The notes below the pieces were generated by a model that saw nothing but the letters and a program-made list of their open reading frames with translations, was not told the origin of the DNA and did not search any database. A stretch of DNA of 64,000 bases from an uncultured Clostridia bacterium (lineage in GTDB: Bacteria > Bacillota > Clostridia > UBA1381): positions 25,817 to 89,816 of the forward strand of contig CBCTZG010000002.1 of the NCBI GenBank assembly GCA_965151315.1, written 5' to 3'. Each line of letters begins with the position of its first letter. Position 1 is the stretch's first letter. Both the position numbers and the translations under genes were made by a program. This document shows, piece after piece, positions 47,475 through 56,403 of this stretch.

Positions 47475-50400
47475 ATGAAAGCAGGTACCGCAGTAAAACT
47501 TGGACTACTGATTACAATTTTATTATTGCTTACCCCGGTAATCCATGGTTTTGCCGCTGTTGTCAATTCTGTGGACATACAGGGAGAAAAGCTGACGGTA
47601 CAGGGCAACCTTTCCCAGTATACCCCGGCGCAGATTGTGGGCGTATATATTTTAAAGGAAGGAAAAGCGCCTGCGGATATCGCTGGCGCGGCTCAGCCGG
47701 GAGATGTATTTGACCAGATTGGTATGGCGGCCGTAGACGATAACGGGAAATATACTTGTCAGCTGATATGCAGCGATACGTCGGAGAAGGGCAGTTTATA
47801 TGTAAAAAGCGGTGCGGAAGAAATTCTACTGCCGGTGGAAAATTATAAAAGTCCTGGCCGGACACTGTATGTCGCGCCGGATGGAAACGATCTGGCGCCC
47901 GGAACCAAGGACGAGCCTCTTGCCACATTGACCGGTGCCCGGGATCTAATCCGGGCCTGGCGGGCGGAGCGGGGCGAACTGCTAGAGGCGGTAACGGTAT
48001 ACATTATGCCCGGAGAATACCGCATGACGGAAACTGCCGTGTTTACCCGGGAAGACAGCGGAACGGCGGAATGCCCAATTACTTATCGGGCGTATGCGCC
48101 AGGAACGGTAACATTTAAGGGATCGGTGAAGCTGCCGGCGGAAGATTTCCGGCAGGTTACAGATCGGGAAACTTTACAGCGGCTGCCGATACAGGCGGCG
48201 GGCCGTGTATATCAAATGGATCTGGGAAACTACGGTATTACGCCGGACCAGGTGCAATTCAAGGATATCTGGGGCCGGGACGCCTTTTCACAGGCGGTAT
48301 CTCCGGCTGTTCCAGGCCTTTATTTAAACGGAAAACGGCAGGATATTGCCCGGTGGCCCAATGTGGGCTATGCGGATTTTAGTCTTCCCGATGGCTCCAG
48401 CGCTATTTTAGATCCAGGCGAGGAACAGGGCCGGGGAGCGGTATTCTATTTCCGGGAACCCAATCTGCAGCGGTGGATAACCGCTAAGGATATGTTTATT
48501 GATGGTTATCTGGCTGTGCAGTATGCGGGTGCGTATCGGCGGGTCAAAGCGATTGACCCGGAAGCAGAGACCATAGCCCTGGTAGGCGGCGTGATCGCCG
48601 GGCCGGAACGGCGGTGGACGGCAGTGAATCTTTTGGAGGAGCTGGATATGCCGGGTGAGTTTTATATTGACCGGGATAACATGCGGCTTTACTATTATCC
48701 TGCCTATGACCTGACCGAAACGGATGTATTAGAATATGCGGCCATGCAGACGCCGCTGATCCAGCTGGAGAATGTATCCTATATGCAGCTGCAGGATCTG
48801 GACTTTGCGCAGGTCTATGCCGCGGGTATCACAGGCAGCGGTATTGATCATATCCAGGTTTCCGACTGTGAAATTTCCTTTACGGCAGGACATGGAATTT
48901 GGTTTTCCGACGCAAGAAATACAGAGGTTACCGGCTGTACGGTTCATAATACTGGTGGGAACGGCATTGTAGTGGACACAAATACAACTCAGCAGGAGTT
49001 ATTTTCCCTGACGGCTTGCGGGAACCGGATAATCAATAACCATGTATATAACGTCAGCGATCAGGTACGGACAATGGGCTCTGGTATTAGCGGCAACGGC
49101 GTTGGACTTCTGATTCAGAACAACCTGGTGCATCTGAGTCCTAATATGGGCGCTAGCGGCGGCGGCGCGGAAAGCGAGGTCAGCTATAATGAGCTGTATA
49201 ACCTGATCCGGGATACTGCCGACGCCGGCGGCGTTTATATCGGCAGGACGCTGATCTCCTATGGGAACCGGTACGCGTTCAATTATATTCACGATATGGG
49301 GATCGAGGGATTTTTGGAAAACGAACATACCTCCGGAATTTTCTGGGATGATTTCCTAAGCGGCCAGACAGCGGAGAATAATATTATTGTCAATGATTAC
49401 CCGGGAACGGCTTATGGTATCAATATCAACGGCGGCCGGGATCTGCGGGTGAACGGGAACATTTTCGTCGGAATGGATTATGCCGTACGCAATACGGACC
49501 GGTCTAATCAGCCGGTGGATCAGGTGAACTTTATGCCGGAGATTGTAGAGGATTTAAAATGGGTTGCCGCGGCAGACTCCGAATATACCCGGAAATATCC
49601 GCAGATGGTCCAGACCTATCGAGAAATTCAGGAAGATGGAAAATTCAATCCAAAGAATATGGATTTTTCCGGAAACATCGTTTTTAACTGCCGGCAGGCT
49701 GCGGCTGAAAACGGCGGCGTATTTACAAACGGCAGAATCGCCGGCGAATTTTCGGATACAGTTAACATTGATAACTTTGTGACAAAGAATTCATCTATTT
49801 TTGTTGATCCAAAACAGGGAGATTACCGCCTGACGGAAGCCGGAAAAGCGGCGGCAGGATTGCAGGATTTCGTGTTGGACGAAGATTTTGATCTGGACAC
49901 AATTGGTTTCCAGGGAGTTGTTCCTTTAGGGGATGGTTTTCGGAAAACATATCCCCAAAATGGCGCGGCAGTCGGCGGTGGGATAACCCTGGCCTGGGAG
50001 CAGGCGCTGTTTGCGGATGAATACGTCTATACTGTATCGGAAAATCCGGATTTATCCGATCCGATATATCAGGGGATAACAATTTACCGGCATGCAGAGC
50101 TTTTCGGATTGGAGCCGGGCAAGACATATTATTGGAATGTTACGGCAAGGCATACTTCCCGGAAATTTGCCGGGGCGTGGGAAAGCGGTCCGGTTTATAG
50201 CTTTCGGACAACCACATGTCCCGTTCAGGTGCAGGATATGCAGGCAGAAGCTTCTGCCGATGCGCTGACGGTCACGATGCGGACATATAACGGAAGCGCA
50301 GAAGCGGCCGGAACCTTGCTGTTGGCAGGCTACCAGCCGGATGGAAGCCTGGCCGGGGTCACCGCAGCAAAAATCACAGTCCCTGCCGGCGCGGCGGCTA

Positions 50401-50510
50401 TACACGCTGTGGCGCGGGCTGTGCCGGAAGCTGTGGACTATACGGCGTTCCTATGGGATGGAATAGATACTATGCAGCCCCTTGGGGACTGTAAAATTTA
50501 TGTGAGGTAG
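47475..50510 (+). CDS. Secreted right-handed parallel beta-helix protein (ORF C, 1,011 aa); candidate polysaccharide hydrolase or lyase
   Basis: Signal peptide, then an Ig-like N-module, then 'LYVAPDGNDLAPGTKDEPLATL' and many short G/N-rich coils ('NTGGNGIVVD', 'NRIINNHVYN', 'LLIQNNLVH'). It continues with an Fn3-like 'YYWNVTAR' domain and a C-terminal 'FLWD' module. Confidence 0.75.
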   Translation: MKAGTAVKLGLLITILLLLTPVIHGFAAVVNSVDIQGEKLTVQGNLSQYTPAQIVGVYILKEGKAPADIAGAAQPGDVFDQIGMAAVDDNGKYTCQLICSDTSEKGSLYVKSGAEEILLPVENYKSPGRTLYVAPDGNDLAPGTKDEPLATLTGARDLIRAWRAERGELLEAVTVYIMPGEYRMTETAVFTREDSGTAECPITYRAYAPGTVTFKGSVKLPAEDFRQVTDRETLQRLPIQAAGRVYQMDLGNYGITPDQVQFKDIWGRDAFSQAVSPAVPGLYLNGKRQDIARWPNVGYADFSLPDGSSAILDPGEEQGRGAVFYFREPNLQRWITAKDMFIDGYLAVQYAGAYRRVKAIDPEAETIALVGGVIAGPERRWTAVNLLEELDMPGEFYIDRDNMRLYYYPAYDLTETDVLEYAAMQTPLIQLENVSYMQLQDLDFAQVYAAGITGSGIDHIQVSDCEISFTAGHGIWFSDARNTEVTGCTVHNTGGNGIVVDTNTTQQELFSLTACGNRIINNHVYNVSDQVRTMGSGISGNGVGLLIQNNLVHLSPNMGASGGGAESEVSYNELYNLIRDTADAGGVYIGRTLISYGNRYAFNYIHDMGIEGFLENEHTSGIFWDDFLSGQTAENNIIVNDYPGTAYGININGGRDLRVNGNIFVGMDYAVRNTDRSNQPVDQVNFMPEIVEDLKWVAAADSEYTRKYPQMVQTYREIQEDGKFNPKNMDFSGNIVFNCRQAAAENGGVFTNGRIAGEFSDTVNIDNFVTKNSSIFVDPKQGDYRLTEAGKAAAGLQDFVLDEDFDLDTIGFQGVVPLGDGFRKTYPQNGAAVGGGITLAWEQALFADEYVYTVSENPDLSDPIYQGITIYRHAELFGLEPGKTYYWNVTARHTSRKFAGAWESGPVYSFRTTTCPVQVQDMQAEASADALTVTMRTYNGSAEAAGTLLLAGYQPDGSLAGVTAAKITVPAGAAAIHAVARAVPEAVDYTAFLWDGIDTMQPLGDCKIYVR

Positions 50511-50519
50511 GATGATTCG

Positions 50520-53500
50520 ATGAAGAAAGTGCTGGTATTGATTCTAATATACGGCATGGTGCTGGGCGGGCTTCCGGCATATGCGGCAGACAGCGGGACA
50601 GACAACACAACTGTCCTGCATGTAAGCCCCAATGGCAGCGATACCAATCCGGGAACGGAAGACAGGCCGCTGGCGACCTTAGACGCCGCCCGCCGGATCG
50701 TCCGGGGTATGGCAAAGAAAGAGCCTATTGAGGTTCTGTTCCATGCGGGGGAATACCGGGTGAGCCAGACAGTATGGTTTGATTCCGGAGATGCCGGGAC
50801 AGAACAGGCGCCGATCACATATAAAAGCGCCGGGGACGGCGAAGTCATTTTTAACGGTGCAAAAATATTGGATATTTCGGCTTTCGAACCAGTTACGGAC
50901 CAAAAAATTCTGAAACGGCTGCCGGCTTCGGCAGTCGGACGGGTAGGACAGATGGATTTAGGTGCCCAGGGAATTACCCAGGATCAAATTATTTCGATCC
51001 ATACCCAGTGGAATCAGAATCCATACGAACAGTTCTGTACGCCGCAGATTCGGAACATCTACGTAAACGGCAGGGAACAGCAGCTGGCCCGGTGGCCCAA
51101 TAAGAATTTTTTATCCATCAGTAATGTAGTGTCGGACAATACGTTTGTCTACACGGAAACCAATCCCTCTAACTGGACGGAGGCAAAAGATGTATTTATT
51201 GCCGGATATATGTTCTCGGAGTGGGAAGGCGGCTGGGCGCAGATTGAGCGGATTGATCCGGCGAATAGAACAATTACCTTAAAAAACAGTTCCGTGTTGG
51301 CGAACCATCGCTGGTCAGCGGTTAATTTGCTGGAGGAGATGGATATTCCTGGGGAATGGTACGCGGATCGGGAAACGATGACTCTCTACTATTATCCGGA
51401 AAAGCTTTTAGAGCCGGGACGGGACGTTATGGAGCTGCCGGTTCTGCGGGACGCGTTTATCGGCATGACCCAGTGCCCCTATGTGAATTTTGAGGGGTTG
51501 ACCTTTGAGCGGGGCTACTGCGACGGTATTCGCAGCTATAATTCGGATCATGTGATCGTCCGCAACTGTGTTATGCGGGATCTGGCCGGAGCTGGCATTT
51601 ACAGTGATAATGGACGATACGCGCTGTTTGAGGATAATACCATTTATAATACAGGGATGCACAATATTTATTATAACTTTACCGATAGCCAGTCAGACAA
51701 GGACAACATTGTTCACACCGGTACAGTGATCCGCAACAATCACTGTTATAACGGTGCAAATCATGGTATTGGTATGAGCGCGGCCAATATTTCGTTCTCT
51801 GGGATCGGCACAGTGGTAGAAAACAATACCGTTCACCGGGGGATCAACAGCGGTATTATTGGCACAGGGCCGGAGTGCGCTGTCCGCTATAATGAGATTT
51901 ATAACATGGTTCGGGAATCTGCTGACGCCGGCGCTTATTACATGGGCCGGACTTGGACAAACTACGGGACAGATTTCTCCTATAATTACATCCACGACTT
52001 AGGTGACCGGGAATTTGACGCGGCTAACCTGGTGGACTGTGTATTCTGGGACGACGCGGCCAGTGGTCAGACGGCTAGATACAATATTATGTGGCCAAAC
52101 TCAAAAACAAGAACCTATGGCGTTATCAGCGGCGGCGGCCGGGATAATGATATTTCTTATAATATTATCGTAGATTCAGACCAGTCCATCGGTATGCAGG
52201 ACAGAACTACATATCTGACGGATGTAAAGACGGGATATTTCGACGGTGTGGCCTACAAGGGTCTGGAAGCTGCTGTGGCCACGTCGACGCCCTACAACCG
52301 GAAGTATCCGCAGATGTTAAAGACTTATCAGGAATTAGAGCAAACCGGGATATTTTATCCCAATAACAATACATTGATGCACAATGTGATCATCAATTCT
52401 GCGGACATCAACTACGCCAATGCCGTAAAGGATTCGCCCACCACCAAAGCGGAAGGGAATTATGTGGGTACCGGATATGACATTTTTGTGGATCCGGAGA
52501 ATCAGGATTTCCGGATTAAGAAGTCGGCTAAGGCAGAGCTTGGATTAGACGACGGTGTTTTGGACGAGGACTTTGACATTACCCAAATTGGCATGCAGCG
52601 GGAAATGATAGATGTAGACCGGAGCTTTGCCAAGACCTATCCCCGCAACGGCGATTCCGGCCTGAACGCTGCGAATGTAACCCTTTCCTGGCAGCAGTCA
52701 GCCTTTGCCGACGAATATGTGTATGAGGTTGCTACCGATCCAGACTTTAACAATATTGTCCGGACAGGAACAACCATCTATACCAACACGGAAATAGAAA
52801 ATTTGGAAAAAGACACCAATTATTACTGGCGTGTGAAGGCAAAAACGATTTCGAGGGCATTTCCAAGCGAAACGGAATCAGAGGACGTTCCATTCCTGTT
52901 TAAAACAGCGGCGTACGACATTTTAGTAACGGATAATTTAAAGTCTGCCGTGGAGAAAGCGGAACTCTTTGCGGAATCCATTACAGAGGGCGAAGAACTG
53001 GGACAGTATAAGCCGGGGACAAAGGACGCGCTGAACACGGCAATTGCGTCCGCGGACGCAATTTTAAAAATGACCAGCGGTCAGCAGGCAACCATCAACA
53101 ATGCAGAATTAGACTTAAACGCGGCGCTGGAGCAGGCCAAATCCTCCATTAACGTAGGATATATGGGAACGATTGACACATCACCGGAGTCAGAATGGGT
53201 AACACAGCAGCCGGATCATATCCAAATTACCCGGGAGGACGGCGGCGTAACAGTGACCCGGGCTTCTACAGAGGGCATGGCGGCTTCCGGTGTGGAATAC
53301 CCCAGCTATGGCATTTATCAATTCCAGATCAAGGCAAGCCTGGGAGACGGCTGGTGCGCTGTGGGCATGCGGCACTCCAACATCAATAGCCATCAGATTT
53401 ATTATTCTGAAGATAATAAACTGAATAACTACTTTATCATAATCAAAAAGGATGCCTTCGAGCTGCAAAGCCGAAACTCTGATAATGTAGGCGCGACCGT

Positions 53501-54683
53501 TATGGTATCTGCCCCGAACAATGGTATATTTAAAGAAAACGAGTGGAACGACATTGAGATGGGCATGATTCCGGCAGGCAAAGGGAATCTTTGTTTAGTC
53601 AAGATCAACGGGCAGGCGGTATTCAGTTATTTAGATGAAGCCAATCCAGTCCGGGCAGAGGGGAGAATTTCCTTGCAGCCGGCGGACGGCTCCTGGATTT
53701 CCATTCGGTCGGCAGAGAACGCAAAGACCGGACCATATACGCCGCCGGAAGAACTTCTTCAAAGTGATGAGGGCTTACCCATTTACTATACAACTGAATC
53801 TCCGGAGTATACTGAATCCGGTACATGGGCAGTAGATGATCAAAAAGGTTATCAGGATATGGCATCACGTTCTACGAAGGAGACCGGTGCTTATGCCCAG
53901 TTCAGCCTAAAGCCGGCCGATGAGATCAGAACCTATCGCGTTTCGTATTATCATGTCCCCGGCGAGGATAATGATCCGGCAGCGTCCGTTTATTTCCGGA
54001 ACCTGTATACCAGCTATACCCGGAAATTGGATCTCACCAAGGGAGAAGCCGGCTGGATAGAGCTGGGGGTTTTTAACTTTGCCAATGAAGCGGCAAAGGG
54101 TGTTATGGATATCCAATTTACTGCCGGCGGACAGGGAACCATGCGGATATCTGCACTAAAGATTGAGCAAGTAGAAGAATCTATGCGGGAATTTTCCGAA
54201 GTGTTTACGCTGCACGCGAAAAACGCGTTGCTTTTAAAGGCCGGTGACAATCGGGCGTTTAAAGATATCAGCGAATATACGCTGGACACGGCACCAACGA
54301 TTTTAAACGGACGGACGCTGATCCCGCTTCGGTTTGTATCAGAAGCCTTTGACACGCAGGTGGATTGGCAGCCGGATACCCGGGCGGCAACAATTCAGAC
54401 GAGTGATAAGCAGATTATATTTCAGGCGGACAGCCGAACATATACAGATGGTGGCAGCACCATGACCTTAGATCAACCGCCGGTGATCCAAGAAGACCGG
54501 ATGATGGTTCCTCTGCGGGCCTTGGCGGAAGCTTTGGGTAACCAGGTGATGTGGGATGACCGGTATCAGCTGATTTTAATTGCGAAAGAGTTCCAGTTTG
54601 AGGAACAGAACAAAGAAAAGATATTCGACGTCTGCAATGCGGCATTTATGCAGACGGAAAATGGAGGGGCAAATGAAACGTAA
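50520..54683 (+). CDS. Secreted right-handed parallel beta-helix protein (ORF D, 1,387 aa), a paralog of ORF C with a long multi-domain tail ending in a Cu-amine-oxidase-N-like domain
   Basis: Signal peptide 'MKKVLVLILIYGMVLGGLPAYA', then 'LHVSPNGSDTNPGTEDRPLATL'. It is colinear with ORF C through the Fn3-like domain. The tail ends 'ILNGRTLIPLRFVSEAF...MMVPLRALAEALG'. Confidence 0.75.
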   Translation: MKKVLVLILIYGMVLGGLPAYAADSGTDNTTVLHVSPNGSDTNPGTEDRPLATLDAARRIVRGMAKKEPIEVLFHAGEYRVSQTVWFDSGDAGTEQAPITYKSAGDGEVIFNGAKILDISAFEPVTDQKILKRLPASAVGRVGQMDLGAQGITQDQIISIHTQWNQNPYEQFCTPQIRNIYVNGREQQLARWPNKNFLSISNVVSDNTFVYTETNPSNWTEAKDVFIAGYMFSEWEGGWAQIERIDPANRTITLKNSSVLANHRWSAVNLLEEMDIPGEWYADRETMTLYYYPEKLLEPGRDVMELPVLRDAFIGMTQCPYVNFEGLTFERGYCDGIRSYNSDHVIVRNCVMRDLAGAGIYSDNGRYALFEDNTIYNTGMHNIYYNFTDSQSDKDNIVHTGTVIRNNHCYNGANHGIGMSAANISFSGIGTVVENNTVHRGINSGIIGTGPECAVRYNEIYNMVRESADAGAYYMGRTWTNYGTDFSYNYIHDLGDREFDAANLVDCVFWDDAASGQTARYNIMWPNSKTRTYGVISGGGRDNDISYNIIVDSDQSIGMQDRTTYLTDVKTGYFDGVAYKGLEAAVATSTPYNRKYPQMLKTYQELEQTGIFYPNNNTLMHNVIINSADINYANAVKDSPTTKAEGNYVGTGYDIFVDPENQDFRIKKSAKAELGLDDGVLDEDFDITQIGMQREMIDVDRSFAKTYPRNGDSGLNAANVTLSWQQSAFADEYVYEVATDPDFNNIVRTGTTIYTNTEIENLEKDTNYYWRVKAKTISRAFPSETESEDVPFLFKTAAYDILVTDNLKSAVEKAELFAESITEGEELGQYKPGTKDALNTAIASADAILKMTSGQQATINNAELDLNAALEQAKSSINVGYMGTIDTSPESEWVTQQPDHIQITREDGGVTVTRASTEGMAASGVEYPSYGIYQFQIKASLGDGWCAVGMRHSNINSHQIYYSEDNKLNNYFIIIKKDAFELQSRNSDNVGATVMVSAPNNGIFKENEWNDIEMGMIPAGKGNLCLVKINGQAVFSYLDEANPVRAEGRISLQPADGSWISIRSAENAKTGPYTPPEELLQSDEGLPIYYTTESPEYTESGTWAVDDQKGYQDMASRSTKETGAYAQFSLKPADEIRTYRVSYYHVPGEDNDPAASVYFRNLYTSYTRKLDLTKGEAGWIELGVFNFANEAAKGVMDIQFTAGGQGTMRISALKIEQVEESMREFSEVFTLHAKNALLLKAGDNRAFKDISEYTLDTAPTILNGRTLIPLRFVSEAFDTQVDWQPDTRAATIQTSDKQIIFQADSRTYTDGGSTMTLDQPPVIQEDRMMVPLRALAEALGNQVMWDDRYQLILIAKEFQFEEQNKEKIFDVCNAAFMQTENGGANET

Positions 54684-56390
54684 AACATGGATCCTAATCA
54701 CACTCATATGCATACTTCACGGGGCGGCTGCCCAAGCTGCCGAGGTGGTGTTAGACGATATTGCCGAAGGTATCGTAAAAGTAAGCGGCTACGGCCAGGC
54801 CGCCGGGGAGCAGGTGAATCTGGTTGTGCTGAACCCAGGCGCGGAACTGGGTGAGGCTGGCAACGACGCCGCCCTGTCCCAGTATGTCGATGCGGTTCCT
54901 GTCGCAGAAGACGGGAGCTACAGCGCGAAATCCAGTTAGAAGGCACAGCTGGGCAGTCCGGCACGTATGATATTTATGTGCGGGAGCCGGGCGACAGCGC
55001 ACCTGTCCAATTTTCGGTCTATTGGGCCTCAGCGGACGAAATGATTCAGGCGGCTAAAGCGATTGTAGAAAATCAGGACACGGCTTCGATCCAGCAAGGG
55101 AAAAAAGCCCTGGCACTGGATATAGACCTAATCAACAAAACAGACCTAAACCTGACCGCACAGCATTTTGCCCGGTATTTGCAGGAAAACCCAATTCTAT
55201 TCGACGGTAACAATGACTTGCAAAAGGCAGCAGAAGTGCAGAGCCAGCTCAAGGCTTGCGCCCTGTTGGCGGCATACAATAAGGGAATTTCCGAATTGGC
55301 CTTTTTAAACGACGGACAGTTCCGCTATAACGAAATTACCAATATGACAGGCATGGATCAGGAATATGATATTACGGCCTATAGTCTGTACAGCACTAAG
55401 CTGAGTGACACGGGGAAAAAGCTGGTGCGGGATGGGCTCCTCGGCATAAATGCGGAGGGTCTGACAGACGTTAAGCGTCAGTTTACGGATCTTGTTCTGT
55501 ATTATGGAATCGGCAATCATGCGGTAGCTGGTTATAACCATGTGTCCGAATACATTACAGAGGCCAATGTCCGATTTGCGGAAAATGTGGACAAGGATCA
55601 AAATCCGGTAAAAACATACCTGGGGCTGACAAATCCGTCCAGTGTAAACGCTGAGATCGTACGGAATTACGGCCAAATGACATTGGAAAATTATAAAGCA
55701 AAGATTGAAGAATTGGCGAAAGGAAGCAGCGGTAATGATCCGGCGCCGGGCGGCGGCAGCGGAGGATCATCGGGCGGTGGCAGCAGCCCGTCTGCCGGAA
55801 ATGGAATTTTTGCGCCGAATACTGGCGATAAAGCGGATCCTACGCCGGAGCAGCAGCCCGAAGGTGCTTTTACGGATATGCAGAATGCCCAGTGGGCAAA
55901 AGAAGCGGTTGAAGCCTTGGCAGCGCGAGGGGTAATCAACGGCTACGGTGACGGCCGGTTCGGGCCGGGGGATTTTTTAACCCGGGAGCAGGCTGCAAGA
56001 ATTATTTGCACATATTTTGAAATACCAACCAGCGATGGCGCAAATACCGGTTTTTCTGATGTGGATGCGGATGCCTGGTATGCACCGTATGTGGCCGGTG
56101 CAAAGGACGCTGGTGTTTTATACGGCGTCCAGGAGAATCAATTCGGAATAGGCGCCGAGATTACAAGACAAGACCTGGCTGTATTAATTTATCGAGCTTT
56201 AGGCGAACCGGCCCCAGCGGCGGAAGCAATGTTTACAGATATGGATGAAATTGCGGATTACGCTAAACCAGCGGTATTGTATTTGAAGGAACAGGGGATA
56301 ATTAACGGCTATGAAGACGGCACTTTCTTGCCGGGACATTTTGTGACCCGGGCAGAAACTGCGCAGATGCTTTTTGGGATTTCCAGATAG
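54673..56390 (+). pseudogene. SLH-anchored surface protein (ORF E) split by an apparent 1-nt deletion near 54928-54933; intact length would be ~572 aa
   Basis: ORF 54673-54939 (signal peptide plus half an Ig-like module) stops at TAG. The 0-frame is open from 54855 and continues the same module ('IQLEGTAGQSGTYDIYVREPG') into ORF 54978-56390, which ends in three SLH repeats. Confidence 0.7.
55867..56387 (+). other. Three tandem SLH (S-layer homology) repeats at the C-terminus of ORF E
   Basis: 'FTDMQNAQWAKEAVEALAARGVINGYGDGRFGPGDFLTREQAA', 'FSDVDADAWYAPYVAGAKDAGVLYG...ITRQDLA' and 'FTDMDEIADYAKPAVLYLKEQGIINGYEDGTFLPGHFVTRAETA'. Confidence 0.85.
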
Positions 56391-56403
56391 GGAGGTAGTT
56401 TAA

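Noticed and set aside
54925-54933. Programmed ribosomal frameshifting at the ORF E junction.
   Set aside because: The site (GCG AAA TCC) is not an X-XXY-YYZ slippery heptamer, and I see no obvious downstream stimulatory hairpin. A 1-nt indel in a short A-run, either a mutation or a sequencing error, is the simpler explanation. It is still listed as a finding for verification.
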